64,000 nt of DNA from IMG/VR virus record IMGVR_UViG_3300020420_001018, positions 1,650-65,649 of that record; one strand, given 5' to 3'. Shown piece by piece: positions 9,835-20,068 of the stretch (the first letter of the stretch is position 1; the number at the start of each line of letters is the position of its first letter). The stretch is from a virus. Taxonomy: Duplodnaviria > Caudoviricetes. A program made the translations under genes and the position numbers. Under the pieces are notes generated by a model. The model ran no database searches, had not been told where the DNA came from, and saw only the letters and a list, made by a program, of their open reading frames with translations.

Positions 9835-11803
9835 TATTACGGAAAACGTAAACACACACTTAACACATTTAGAAGACTTATCTTTGTTTAAAGGTAAAAA
9901 AGGTGCAATTGAAGGCATTCGTTTCTTAAAAAACTTATCAACAATAGTAAAAGGACACACACCTAAAAAATTTAATATTACTACAAAGTGGGATGGCTCT
10001 CCGGCAATTGTTTGTGGAAAAGATCCAGCTGATGGTAAATTTTTTGTAGGTACTAAAGGAGTATTTGCAAAGTCACCGAAATTAAATAAATCAGCAAAAG
10101 ACATCGAAACAAATCATGCTGATGTTGGAGATAACGATAAAAGTGAATTACGTGGAAAGCTAAACGCAGTATTACAAAATTTATCAAAATTAAATATCCA
10201 AAATGTATTACAAGGTGACTTAATGTTTACGCAAGGAGATTTAAAAGAAAGAGGTTTTGAAAATAAAAAATATTTAACATTTAAACCAAATACAATTACA
10301 TACGCAGTACCAAGTGATTCTGAACTAGCAAGTAAAATGAGATCAGCAAAAATTGGTATTGTTTTTCATACTGCTTATGAAGGCGAAAGTTTAGATAAAA
10401 TGACAGCATCATTTAAAGTTGATTTATCTAGTTTAAATCAAACTCCAGATGTTTGGTTTGATGATGCATATATAAAAGATTTTTCAGGTATGGCGACAAT
10501 GACAGCACAGGAGTCTGAAGCTGTTGAAAATGCAATTGCTGATGCACAAAAACATTTAAATTCTACAGGGAACGCTTTTGAATTTTTAGATGGTTCTGAT
10601 GCCGGCAATGATTTAAAAGTAAATATAGCGGCAAATATGAATGCCAACATAAAACAGAATTCTATACAACAAGATCCAGAAAAGTTTTTCAATCAGTTTC
10701 TTTCTGATTATATTCGTAGGTCAGAAGAAAAAATAGCTTCATTAAAAACAGGACGTGAAGGACCAGCTGGACAAAGACGTTTAAATGCCCTACAAATTGG
10801 CTTGAATTACTTAAATACTAATAAGAGTAATATGATGAACTTTTATGCACTGTGGCTTAAATTAGGTGCTATAAAAGACGTATTATACAAGAAACTATCA
10901 AATATTAAAGCAATTGATAGTTTTGAAGAAGTAGATGGTGAATTAAAAGTAAGAGATCCTGAAGGATTTGTTGCTATTGATCATATAGGTAATGCAGTAA
11001 AGGTAGTAGATAGATTAGATTTTAGTAGGAAAAATTTTATGAAAAGTGAAACAATAGAACTAGACTTTGTAAATGATTTAATGACAGAAGCAAGAATGTT
11101 TAGATCACGACACGGGTTATCAGATTATTCAGCTCGTGAAATGGCAGATAACACTTTTGCACATATAGTTGCATTACAAGTATTAAATAGAGAATTTAAA
11201 TATTCATCTGTAGCAAGTACCTATGCTGGTAGAACAGCAAGTTACGGAAACTTTGATTACTTTAGATCAAATGGCACAGACTTATATGCTATGCTACATT
11301 CTTTATTTGGAAAAGGTTCAATTACAAAATTTGCAGATGAAAAAAATAGTGAAATACTTTTAAAAAGAATGCGTCCAAATATGACACAAATAAAAGGATT
11401 TTTAAATCATATTTCGTCATCTGGTGCAAATGGTGACAAAGAAAAAAGAATGTTAATGCAGTTGCAATCAATGTTGTTTGTAAATGACAGCAGATTAAGA
11501 TCAATGAAACGTCTAGCAGGTGATTGGGAAAATTTAACAACTAGAGAAAAAAGAACATTAGTTTCAAGTTTATATAATTATTTCAGAGCAAATGCACCAA
11601 AATCATCTTTGATGTCAGTGTTACAAAAACTATCACGTGAAAGAGATTATGCTGGCGGTGAAAAAGTTAAAACATCAAAAGCAATGGCAACTGGTGCGGC
11701 AATTGCCGGTGCATATTTAGGATATAAATTAGGAAGAGGCAAAGGTCCATCTTATGCAGATAAGATGAAAGGATTTGATTTGTCTGGTAGGAAGAAAAAA
11801 TAA
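9815..11803 (+). CDS. ligase/nucleotidyltransferase-fold protein (KxDG; DUF6267-like) with extra C-terminal domain
   Basis: HLTHLED, TKWDGSP (motif I), QGDLMF, EGFV, VKVVDR.FS resemble covalent nucleotidyltransferase motifs. Confidence 0.6.
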   Translation: MKLTQISITENVNTHLTHLEDLSLFKGKKGAIEGIRFLKNLSTIVKGHTPKKFNITTKWDGSPAIVCGKDPADGKFFVGTKGVFAKSPKLNKSAKDIETNHADVGDNDKSELRGKLNAVLQNLSKLNIQNVLQGDLMFTQGDLKERGFENKKYLTFKPNTITYAVPSDSELASKMRSAKIGIVFHTAYEGESLDKMTASFKVDLSSLNQTPDVWFDDAYIKDFSGMATMTAQESEAVENAIADAQKHLNSTGNAFEFLDGSDAGNDLKVNIAANMNANIKQNSIQQDPEKFFNQFLSDYIRRSEEKIASLKTGREGPAGQRRLNALQIGLNYLNTNKSNMMNFYALWLKLGAIKDVLYKKLSNIKAIDSFEEVDGELKVRDPEGFVAIDHIGNAVKVVDRLDFSRKNFMKSETIELDFVNDLMTEARMFRSRHGLSDYSAREMADNTFAHIVALQVLNREFKYSSVASTYAGRTASYGNFDYFRSNGTDLYAMLHSLFGKGSITKFADEKNSEILLKRMRPNMTQIKGFLNHISSSGANGDKEKRMLMQLQSMLFVNDSRLRSMKRLAGDWENLTTREKRTLVSSLYNYFRANAPKSSLMSVLQKLSRERDYAGGEKVKTSKAMATGAAIAGAYLGYKLGRGKGPSYADKMKGFDLSGRKKK

Positions 11804-12207
11804 TGACAGTAAGAATCAACGGAGCGGCTAGAGGTGGTGAATTTATTAGTAACAATTTGCAGTTTTACAATTTGTACACCAATATTAATATTGAACAAAC
11901 TGGCAATTATCAAGATGCTACACAAAAAGATTTTGATTCAATTGTACAAATGATTGCTATGTTTTCACAGGTGATCATTTCAAACGATCCTGTCAATGTT
12001 GCTGATTTAAATGCCAATGGTGCACCTACGTTAACGGGTGCAGGATATGTATTCAAGTTTGCAGTTGAATATCCAGATGTTTTTACTGATAATGGAAACC
12101 CAGCCGGGAAACTAATAAGCATAATGGATGGCGTAATACTGAATGGTGGAACAATTGCAACTACAGGATCAATTAATTTAGAATTTACACAATCGGAGAC
12201 ATTATAA
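11803..12207 (+). CDS. putative virion protein
   Basis: Gly/Asn/Thr-rich, low charge, late block. Confidence 0.5.
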   Translation: MTVRINGAARGGEFISNNLQFYNLYTNINIEQTGNYQDATQKDFDSIVQMIAMFSQVIISNDPVNVADLNANGAPTLTGAGYVFKFAVEYPDVFTDNGNPAGKLISIMDGVILNGGTIATTGSINLEFTQSETL

Positions 12208-12208
12208 A

Positions 12209-12469
12209 ATGGACAATAAACCGCAAAGAGCACCAAAAGATTTAGCAAGTTTAGAAACACAAAGTTTAGAAACGCATGTTGTTGTTTCTCATGAAAGACA
12301 CGAAGAAATACAAAAAAGATTTGATAAAATTGATATACGTATGGACAGGATGGAAGATCATACAGACAAACAATTTACAAAAATTGAAAGAATTATTATT
12401 TGGTCAATGGGTACTTTGTTTATTACATTATTAACTACATTATTCACAATTGTGTATAGGGCAGGATAA
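12209..12469 (+). CDS. small coiled-coil protein with C-terminal TM helix (XhlA/holin-like)
   Basis: ERHEEIQKRFDKID coil followed by IIIWSMGTLFITLLTTLFTIV. Confidence 0.55.
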   Translation: MDNKPQRAPKDLASLETQSLETHVVVSHERHEEIQKRFDKIDIRMDRMEDHTDKQFTKIERIIIWSMGTLFITLLTTLFTIVYRAG

Positions 12470-12470
12470 A

Positions 12471-12767
12471 ATGATTATTGCTGAATTAGATTACAACGTT
12501 GATATACCAGAATCTAGATTGATTTTTGGCCGCAAAGGAAATAAAGTGGTCAAGAAATATCGTTGTTCGTTTGGCAGGAAAAAAGGCAGAATTGTATCAA
12601 ATCCTAGTGTTTGTTCTGCACCATTAGATATTAAAAAAAGATTTACGCTTAAAAAAACTAGAGCAAAAATGGGTCAAAGAATTATTAGAAAAACATTAAG
12701 AACTAAAAGATTTAATCCAGCTTCTAGACGTGTAGCGGCTATGAATAAAGCATTGAGAAGAAGGTAA
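12471..12767 (+). CDS. very basic protein, possibly prohead core (T4 gp68-like)
   Basis: ATG at 12471 after AGGA; Arg/Lys-rich; late block. Confidence 0.5.
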   Translation: MIIAELDYNVDIPESRLIFGRKGNKVVKKYRCSFGRKKGRIVSNPSVCSAPLDIKKRFTLKKTRAKMGQRIIRKTLRTKRFNPASRRVAAMNKALRRR

Positions 12768-12775
12768 ATATTGAC

Positions 12776-13300
12776 ATGAGCTTAAAAGATGATATTATAA
12801 ATGGCATTGATGATCCTAAAACATTTACTAACCAAGTTAGTAAATTAGTTCACATGCCGACTAGTGTTGTTAAATCATTAACAGAGCCACTAGGTCTTAG
12901 AGACTATATGAATTTAGCAAAAGCAGTTGATGAAGAAGATCCAGAAAGTGCAAAAGAAATTTTGATGTCTGGATACGAGCAACTAGATGATGTTGTAAAA
13001 AGCATACTTGACGAATATACTAGTAGTACAAGTGTTTCTAGCACAAAATCAAAAAATGTTCCTTCAGCTGGTAATACAAGTGGAAATACAACTATTGAGC
13101 CTAAATCAACACAAGGTACACAACCAACACAAACATCAAAACCAACACAAGATACACAAGGATCAGCATCAACTCAAGCAGATAAAATGCAAAAAGATGT
13201 TGATAAAGAAATATCAGGGTCAATAAAAAAGTTGCAAAAAGATCCAGAATTTGCTAAAATAATAAAATTTGCAGATATTGTTGCAAAAAATAAAAAATAA
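12776..13300 (+). CDS. hypothetical protein with Ser/Thr/Gln-rich linker
   Basis: 174 aa, TQxTQ low-complexity repeats. Confidence 0.65.
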   Translation: MSLKDDIINGIDDPKTFTNQVSKLVHMPTSVVKSLTEPLGLRDYMNLAKAVDEEDPESAKEILMSGYEQLDDVVKSILDEYTSSTSVSSTKSKNVPSAGNTSGNTTIEPKSTQGTQPTQTSKPTQDTQGSASTQADKMQKDVDKEISGSIKKLQKDPEFAKIIKFADIVAKNKK

Positions 13301-13315
13301 TAGTATAATAAACAA

Positions 13316-14044
13316 ATGTTTAGACAAAAAAGAAAACAAAGATATGAAGTCGCCGCACATGTTGAACAATTAACTGACGGTATGACAGCACGTGATCTAA
13401 CAGAGCATCTTAGATTTTGGAAAATTATTACTAAATGGGATCCAGAACCAAATGCTAATAAAGATTTTATAATAGCAGTAGAAAGAAGATTAAAAAATCT
13501 AACAAAAGAAGAAGGTAAACAAAACAAACAAAAAAATTTAAATGATGCGAAATCATTAATTGATAACTTAAATAAACTTGATAGAACAGTTCTTAAAGAA
13601 ATAGTTGAAGTTGGAATTACAGATCCAAGATTCAAAAAAGCATTAACCACACAAAAAACAGATCATGGCGTAAAAGTTGGTGATTATTTAATTAAAATAC
13701 GCCCTTTTAAGAAAAGATACTTATATGATATACTTAATTTAACTACTTCAGAAACAGTAGTTAAAGATATTAAGCTGTATGAAATGGCCTTTTGTTTAGT
13801 AAATTATATGAATGATGAGTTGTTAAACACTGACCCTAAAATGGTAGAATTGCATGACATATATAATGATTATGTGAAGTACTCGAACACAGCATCGCAC
13901 TATAAAATAATGTATTTTGAAGCTAAAAAATCAGGCGAAATAACACGTGAAGCTAAGAATCAGCTTGAATTTGAAAAAAATAGGGATCTAGCACTTGGAT
14001 GTAAGGTTAAAATCGTAGATCTGTTTAAAAAAAATACCGAATAA
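13316..14044 (+). CDS. hypothetical protein
   Basis: 242-aa ORF. Confidence 0.7.
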   Translation: MFRQKRKQRYEVAAHVEQLTDGMTARDLTEHLRFWKIITKWDPEPNANKDFIIAVERRLKNLTKEEGKQNKQKNLNDAKSLIDNLNKLDRTVLKEIVEVGITDPRFKKALTTQKTDHGVKVGDYLIKIRPFKKRYLYDILNLTTSETVVKDIKLYEMAFCLVNYMNDELLNTDPKMVELHDIYNDYVKYSNTASHYKIMYFEAKKSGEITREAKNQLEFEKNRDLALGCKVKIVDLFKKNTE

Positions 14045-14057
14045 AAATAAAGAAAAG

Positions 14058-14065
14058 TATAAATA
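14058..14065 (+). promoter_or_regulatory. T4-type late promoter TATAAATA
   Basis: Exact consensus upstream of 14088. Confidence 0.65.
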
Positions 14066-14087
14066 AGTTAAGTAAGGTAGAAACATT

Positions 14088-15032
14088 ATGAATATATCAG
14101 AGTTTGAAAAACCAGCTAATGAGAAATTAGCAAAGATCAACGAAGCACTTGATACCCTATACGGTTTTAGAGTGTACGACACAATTGACATCAAAAAACT
14201 ATATGATGTTAAAAAAGATCTTAAGACAAAATTAAAAGAGCTTGAAGCTACATTGCCTTTTAATTCACACAATAGCGATCCAAAGTATATGAAGCATGTA
14301 CTATTAGCAGAAGCTATTGATAACATGATTGAAGCAAAGAAAAAAGATCATGACAAAGATGGTGATATTGATTCAGATGATTACATGGCGGCACGTGATA
14401 AAGCAATCAAAAAAGCTATGGGCAAAGACAAGGAAAAATCAGAAATGAAAAAACAGCAACAAGATCCAAGACACAATCAAGAGTCAATCGAAGAAGAACT
14501 TACTGATAAACAGAAAAAACTACCACCAGCATTGCAAAAAGCAATTGCTAAAAAACAAGGTGATAAACCAAAAGACAAAGTTGAAGAAAAAGTAGAATCA
14601 TTAAAAGCATTACTAGAACAAGAAGTTGAAAAAGCAGAAGTAGTTATTGCGGCTAAAAGTATTGTTGACGAAATGCAAGACATGATTGAACAACTTGGTA
14701 AAATGCAAAATGATGAATTAGGTGCAGTTGTTGATCAAATGTCATATCAATATGGCGCAGACAAGGCGGCATCATTTAATACAGCAGTTGCATCACAATT
14801 AGAAACACTACTTGGTTCATTAAAATCAGCCAAAGAAGCAGTTAACAATGAAGTATTAGTTTTAACTGGCGAAGCACCTGCTCCAAGCGACATGGCTCCA
14901 GCAGATTCAGATCTAGGTGACATGGAAGATGACGGTGAAGATTTAGAAGCACCAGCAGATGATTTAACTGGTGGCGATGATTCAGCAAGTGGTCCAGAAG
15001 AAGAACCATTAGGTAGAGCCAAAAAGGCTTAA
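14088..15032 (+). CDS. acidic coiled-coil, scaffold/internal-head-like protein
   Basis: Helical, many L/I-x-E sites, DHDKDGDIDSDD EF-loop-like motif, acidic tail. Confidence 0.55.
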   Translation: MNISEFEKPANEKLAKINEALDTLYGFRVYDTIDIKKLYDVKKDLKTKLKELEATLPFNSHNSDPKYMKHVLLAEAIDNMIEAKKKDHDKDGDIDSDDYMAARDKAIKKAMGKDKEKSEMKKQQQDPRHNQESIEEELTDKQKKLPPALQKAIAKKQGDKPKDKVEEKVESLKALLEQEVEKAEVVIAAKSIVDEMQDMIEQLGKMQNDELGAVVDQMSYQYGADKAASFNTAVASQLETLLGSLKSAKEAVNNEVLVLTGEAPAPSDMAPADSDLGDMEDDGEDLEAPADDLTGGDDSASGPEEEPLGRAKKA

Positions 15033-15035
15033 CCA

Positions 15036-15365
15036 ATGAAAATCACAGAAGTCATAGGCGAAGACAAATACATCAACCAATTAGATTCAGATATTAATTC
15101 TATCATTATCACAATGATGGCCAACGATATTGATGAAATGAAAATGGATGATTTTCAAGAACAATTAAAAGGTTTAGGTTCAGTAGTTGATCCACAAGCA
15201 TTAAGAACATACTTACTAAAAAATGGAAAAATTAAATCCATAACAGGTGATAAAATTATATTAGATACTCCATCAAACAATAAATCATTCAGTAAACAGG
15301 ATGATACAGCTGACAAAGTATCTAAAATGGCTTCACAGTCGGCCAAATCTAGCATAGATAATTAA
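15036..15365 (+). CDS. hypothetical protein
   Basis: 109 aa, starts MKITEVIGE. Confidence 0.65.
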   Translation: MKITEVIGEDKYINQLDSDINSIIITMMANDIDEMKMDDFQEQLKGLGSVVDPQALRTYLLKNGKIKSITGDKIILDTPSNNKSFSKQDDTADKVSKMASQSAKSSIDN

Positions 15366-15394
15366 TTGACATTTTTAACTTTACTTGCTATAAT
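15366..15394 (+). promoter_or_regulatory. sigma70 consensus promoter
   Basis: TTGACA-17 nt-TATAAT with TG extension; AAGGAG RBS follows. Confidence 0.85.
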
Positions 15395-15414
15395 AACGAA
15401 CAAGGAGTATAGTT

Positions 15415-15579
15415 ATGATAAAGATATTAGACTGGTTATTAGGTACAACTAATTCTAAATCACCTGCTAAAATAAAAGCAAAAACTAAAAAAGCTAAAGC
15501 TAAAAAGAAAAAAGCAGTAACAAGAAAAAAGAATGTGATAAAGAATTATGTTGGAAGAAAACCTAGAAGTAAAAAATAA
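15415..15579 (+). CDS. small Lys/Ala-rich basic protein (54 aa, not in ORF track)
   Basis: MIKILDWLLGTTNSKSPAKIKAKTKKAKAKKKKAVTRKK...; strong promoter and RBS. Confidence 0.65.
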   Translation: MIKILDWLLGTTNSKSPAKIKAKTKKAKAKKKKAVTRKKNVIKNYVGRKPRSKK

Positions 15580-16255
15580 ATCGCTATTAGTTGAAAAATT
15601 TAAATATAAAGAATTTAAAAGAAAAAATCTTGATGGTCAACGTTACTATGTAAATGATTCTGGTGATCCAGTACCATCGGTAACTTCCATACTTTCTAAA
15701 ACTAAAGATATGACGGCTCTAAATGCTTGGAAAAAAAGAGTAGGGGCCGCTGAAGCACAAAGGATAGTTACTGAGTCAGCAAATTTAGGTACTATCATGC
15801 ACAAACATCTAGAGTGTTATATTGAAGGAGTAGAACGCCCTAGTGGAACAAACCAAGTATACGTACAAGCAAAAAATTTAAGTGAAACTGTAATTGAGCA
15901 TGGGCTTAAAAACGTGGATGAAGTATGGGGAATTGAAACACATTTAGCATTTCCAGGACTTTATGGAGGAACAGCAGATTTAATATGTGTTCATGAAGGA
16001 GAACCAGCAATTGGTGACTTTAAAACATCACGTAAATTTAAGAAAAAAGAGTGGATTGAAGATTATTTCATGCAGGCGTCAGCTTACGCACTAGCACATA
16101 ATGAAGTATATGGCACAAACATTCAAAAAGGCGTTATTTTTATGGTTACGCATGACAATGAATACCAGCAATTTGTCGTTGAAGGTAAAGAATTTCAAAC
16201 ATTTACAGATAAGTGGTTAGATAGAGTAGAAACTTATTACAAAATGAATAAATAG
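15548..16255 (+). CDS. PD-(D/E)xK exonuclease
   Basis: PSVTSIL, GTIMHKHLE, GTADL, GDFKTS, QASAYA. Confidence 0.88.
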   Translation: MLEENLEVKNKSLLVEKFKYKEFKRKNLDGQRYYVNDSGDPVPSVTSILSKTKDMTALNAWKKRVGAAEAQRIVTESANLGTIMHKHLECYIEGVERPSGTNQVYVQAKNLSETVIEHGLKNVDEVWGIETHLAFPGLYGGTADLICVHEGEPAIGDFKTSRKFKKKEWIEDYFMQASAYALAHNEVYGTNIQKGVIFMVTHDNEYQQFVVEGKEFQTFTDKWLDRVETYYKMNK

Positions 16256-16275
16256 TATTATATTGGAGTAATCAA

Positions 16276-17565
16276 GTGGCAACAACATATACTAGAATTA
16301 AAAATAGACGTGGTTTAAGAGCAGACTTACCTCAACCTTTGGCTGACGGTGAAATTGGTTTAGCACTAGATACAAGAGAATTGTATATTGGTGTAGGTAA
16401 CCAAGACAATCTTAACACAGATGTACAAGTAAAAAATGATATATTCAACATTAGATCATTTGTTGCTGAAGATTTAGGTGGCAACATAGCTTCTAATGGT
16501 ATATTAATGTTTAAAGTATCTGGTACACAAACATTTTCCGGTAACGGATCAACCAATACTTTTGCACTAGGATCAAATAATGGCTTACCAGCAAACCATC
16601 CATTGTCAACACCAACTGCAAGTGATATTGTAGTTACGCAGTTTGTAAATGGAGTACCTACAATATTAGATCCTACATCGTACACTATTACTTTTAATGC
16701 AGGAAATGGTACGTTATCTTTTACTACTCCTACATCAGTTATTCCGCCAAGCGGTTCAAAAATACTTGTATGTAAATGGACTGAAGCAAGAATAACAGAA
16801 GCACTTAGAGCCAGAGCAAGTTGGTCAACTAATTCAGCAGATGCATCTTACAGCAAATGGCAATATAATGACGTAAACAACAACCAAGTTTTTGTTGATA
16901 CAACAACTGGCACAGGATTTGTTGAATATGTAACTGGTGCAGAATATACTGCATTAACAACAGGTACGTCAGATTGCTTCGATGGAACAGATGGAAAAAT
17001 TGCTGTTCCAACATCAGTTAATTCTGGTACAACGTATGGAACTTTTTTAGGTGAAAACTCTGCTATACATAGTCCTGTAAGAGAAGTAGAAATCAATTCA
17101 AGTTTAAAAATTGATTTGGACACACCAAGACAAGCACTTAACGTTACAAAATATATTAACAAGAAAAGAGGATCATCAGTTGCAAGAGTGGCAAACAATA
17201 TTGAGATATTTACAGAAGCAAGTTATCCACAATATCAAACTAATCAATATATTGGATCGCTACAAACAGCAACATTAACAGCAAGTGGTAATGGAACAAT
17301 TGTAGAATATTTGACATCAGAATCAAATGTTTATAAAATTGATTATAGTTTAAAATTAGGATCAAATTTTAGAACAGGTACAATATACATTACTACAGAC
17401 GGAACAAATACGGTAATAAACGACATGCATGTTGAAACAAATGCAACAGCAGACATCACTTTCTCAGCGGCTATAAGCAGTTCAAAATTGCAGTTTAAAT
17501 ACGCAAATGCAAATGCTTCTAACGCCAATTTATCATACAAGATAGAACGCTGGTTACAATCCTAA
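16276..17565 (+). CDS. tail/fibre structural protein
   Basis: N-terminal RIKNRRG...LADGEIGLALDTRELYIG (Mtd-N-like), FSGNGSTNTF motif, Thr/Ser/Gly-rich. Confidence 0.7.
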   Translation: MATTYTRIKNRRGLRADLPQPLADGEIGLALDTRELYIGVGNQDNLNTDVQVKNDIFNIRSFVAEDLGGNIASNGILMFKVSGTQTFSGNGSTNTFALGSNNGLPANHPLSTPTASDIVVTQFVNGVPTILDPTSYTITFNAGNGTLSFTTPTSVIPPSGSKILVCKWTEARITEALRARASWSTNSADASYSKWQYNDVNNNQVFVDTTTGTGFVEYVTGAEYTALTTGTSDCFDGTDGKIAVPTSVNSGTTYGTFLGENSAIHSPVREVEINSSLKIDLDTPRQALNVTKYINKKRGSSVARVANNIEIFTEASYPQYQTNQYIGSLQTATLTASGNGTIVEYLTSESNVYKIDYSLKLGSNFRTGTIYITTDGTNTVINDMHVETNATADITFSAAISSSKLQFKYANANASNANLSYKIERWLQS

Positions 17566-17684
17566 CCATAGGTTGTTAACAGATTTTTTCTGTTAATGTG
17601 AATTTAAGTATTGCTTTTACTGTGTGAGTGACAGTATAATTAATATTATGCTGAATAATAAGAAGAAGCTATGAGAGAGAAACT

Positions 17685-20027
17685 ATGAACACATCAAAGA
17701 GTCAAGAAGAAATTTTTATCATTAAAAGAGACGGTCAACAGGAACCTTTAGATATTAACAAGGTACATAAAATGACTGAAGCCGCATGTGATGGTTTGTC
17801 AGGAGTATCTTCATCATTAGTTGAAATGAATTCTGGTTTGCAGTTTTCAAACGGTATGTCAACACAAGATATTCAAGAAGTACTAATCAAATCAGCAAAT
17901 GACTTAATCACATTAGATGCACCAAATTATCAATATGTTGCGGCACGTCTTTTGTTGTTTACAATTAGAAAAGAAGTTTTTGGTAAACACATTGATCATC
18001 AATATGAGGTACCATTACAATTTTTAGTTGGTAGAAATATTGAAAAAGGTTTGTATGATCCTAATATCATGAAATGGTTTAATGATGAAGAATTTAAAAC
18101 TTTAGATTCTTATATTAAACATGATAGAGATTACAATTTTACATACGCAGGTTTAAGACAAGTATCTGACAAATATCTAGTTCAAGATAGAAGCTCAGGC
18201 AAAGTTTTTGAAACACCACAATACATGTATATGTTGATTGCGGCAACCTTGTTTCATGATTATCCAAAAGAAATAAGAATGGGTTACATTAAAAGATATT
18301 ATGATGCGATTTCAAAATTTAAAATTAATATTCCTACTCCTGTAATGGCAGGTGTGCGTACACCATTAAAACAGTATGCTTCATGTGTACTTGTTGATGT
18401 CGATGATACATTAGATTCTATTTTTGCTTCTGACATGGCAATTGGTAGATACATTGCACAAAGAGCCGGTATCGGAATCAACGCAGGTAGAATACGTGGT
18501 ATCAATTCACGTATTAGGGGAGGCGAAGTAGCCCATACTGGTGTTGTTCCATTTCTTAAAAAGTTTGAAGCAACAGTAAGATGTTGTACACAAAATGGAG
18601 TACGTGGTGGAAGTGCTACTGTCCATTTTCCAATTTGGCATCAAGAGATTGAAGATATACTTGTATTAAAAAATAACAAAGGTACAGAAGATAATAGAGT
18701 ACGTAAACTAGATTATTCGATACAGTTATCAAAAATATTTTATGAAAGATTTATTAAAGGCGGAGATATTACTTTATTTTCACCACATGATGTTCCAGGT
18801 TTGTACGAAGCATTTGGTACAGCAAAATTTGACAAGTTATATAAACAATATGAAAAAGATACGTCAATTCCTAGAAAAACAATACAAGCTAGAACATTGA
18901 TTGGAGACATATTAAAAGAACGTGCAGAGACCGGTCGTATATACATAATGAATATTGATCATACAAATGAACATAGTTCGTTTATTGATCCTGTACGCAT
19001 GTCTAACTTATGTCAAGAAATTACATTACCAACTGATCCGTTACAACATATTGATGGTAGAGGTGAAATTGCACTATGTATTCTATCAGCAATCAACGTT
19101 GGTGTGTTAAAGGATATAAAAGAATTAGAAACATTATGTGATTTAAGTGTTAGAGGTTTAGAACAAATAATTGATCATCAAAAATATCCAGTGAAAGCGG
19201 CAGAACAATCTACAAAAGCAAGACGTTCTCTTGGGATTGGCTACATTGGTTTAGCACATTATCTTGCAAAAAACAAAGCAAAATATGAAGATAAAGAAGC
19301 ATGGAAGTTAGTAAATGAATTAACTGAAGCATTTCAGTATTATTTGTTAAAGGCATCAAATACTATTGCAAAAGAAAAAGGTGCGTGTGATTATTTTAAG
19401 AAAACAAAATACTCAAAAGGAATTTTACCAATAGACACATATAAAAAAGATGTTGATGGTATTGTACCTAAAAAATTAAATATGGATTGGGAATCACTAA
19501 GAAAAGATATTATTGAGCATGGTTTAAGGCACTCAACATTGTCAGCACAGATGCCATCAGAATCATCAAGTGTAGTAGGCAATGCAACAAATGGTATTGA
19601 GCCTCCAAGAGGTTATTTGTCAATTAAGAAGTCTAAAAAAGGACCATTAAAGCAAATTGTACCTCAATATGAAACTTATAAAAAATATTACACACTATTG
19701 TGGGACATGCCAGGCAATGAAGGATATATCAACATTGTTGCGGCTATGCAAAAATATTTTGATCAAGCAATTAGTGGAAACTGGAGTTATAATCCATTGC
19801 ACTATGATAACAATGAAGTGCCAATGAGTGTATTAACTAAAGATTTTTTAACAACTTATAAACTTGGTTGGAAAACGTCATATTATCAAAATACATATGA
19901 TTTTAAAGGTGAAGAGCCAAACATAACTGACCAAGAAAACGTAGCAACTATAGATGAAGCATTAGAAGTTGCTGAACAACATCAATCGCAACAAGACGAC
20001 GAAGCGTGTGATTCATGTGCAATTTAA
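17685..20027 (+). CDS. nrdA: ribonucleotide reductase class Ia alpha
   Basis: ATP cone (IIKRDG), PTPVMAG, SCVL, SNLCQEI, C-terminal CDSC. Confidence 0.97.
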   Translation: MNTSKSQEEIFIIKRDGQQEPLDINKVHKMTEAACDGLSGVSSSLVEMNSGLQFSNGMSTQDIQEVLIKSANDLITLDAPNYQYVAARLLLFTIRKEVFGKHIDHQYEVPLQFLVGRNIEKGLYDPNIMKWFNDEEFKTLDSYIKHDRDYNFTYAGLRQVSDKYLVQDRSSGKVFETPQYMYMLIAATLFHDYPKEIRMGYIKRYYDAISKFKINIPTPVMAGVRTPLKQYASCVLVDVDDTLDSIFASDMAIGRYIAQRAGIGINAGRIRGINSRIRGGEVAHTGVVPFLKKFEATVRCCTQNGVRGGSATVHFPIWHQEIEDILVLKNNKGTEDNRVRKLDYSIQLSKIFYERFIKGGDITLFSPHDVPGLYEAFGTAKFDKLYKQYEKDTSIPRKTIQARTLIGDILKERAETGRIYIMNIDHTNEHSSFIDPVRMSNLCQEITLPTDPLQHIDGRGEIALCILSAINVGVLKDIKELETLCDLSVRGLEQIIDHQKYPVKAAEQSTKARRSLGIGYIGLAHYLAKNKAKYEDKEAWKLVNELTEAFQYYLLKASNTIAKEKGACDYFKKTKYSKGILPIDTYKKDVDGIVPKKLNMDWESLRKDIIEHGLRHSTLSAQMPSESSSVVGNATNGIEPPRGYLSIKKSKKGPLKQIVPQYETYKKYYTLLWDMPGNEGYINIVAAMQKYFDQAISGNWSYNPLHYDNNEVPMSVLTKDFLTTYKLGWKTSYYQNTYDFKGEEPNITDQENVATIDEALEVAEQHQSQQDDEACDSCAI

Positions 20028-20034
20028 ATAAATA

Positions 20035-20062
20035 TTGACAAGGTAGTAAAAGAGTATATAAT
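20035..20062 (+). promoter_or_regulatory. sigma70 promoter for nrdB
   Basis: TTGACA-16 nt-TATAAT. Confidence 0.65.
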
Positions 20063-20068
20063 AGAATT

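Noticed and set aside
13100-13180. DNA tandem repeat (ACACAA units)
   Set aside because: Only low-complexity Thr/Gln coding sequence
15548-16255. Cas4/CRISPR system
   Set aside because: Ordinary phage PD-(D/E)xK exonuclease without the Cas4 Cys cluster; no repeat-spacer array or other cas genes seen
17576-17596. Inverted repeat TTAACAGA-N5-TCTGTTAA as an NrdR box
   Set aside because: Does not match the NrdR consensus; more likely a weak hairpin after the tail gene
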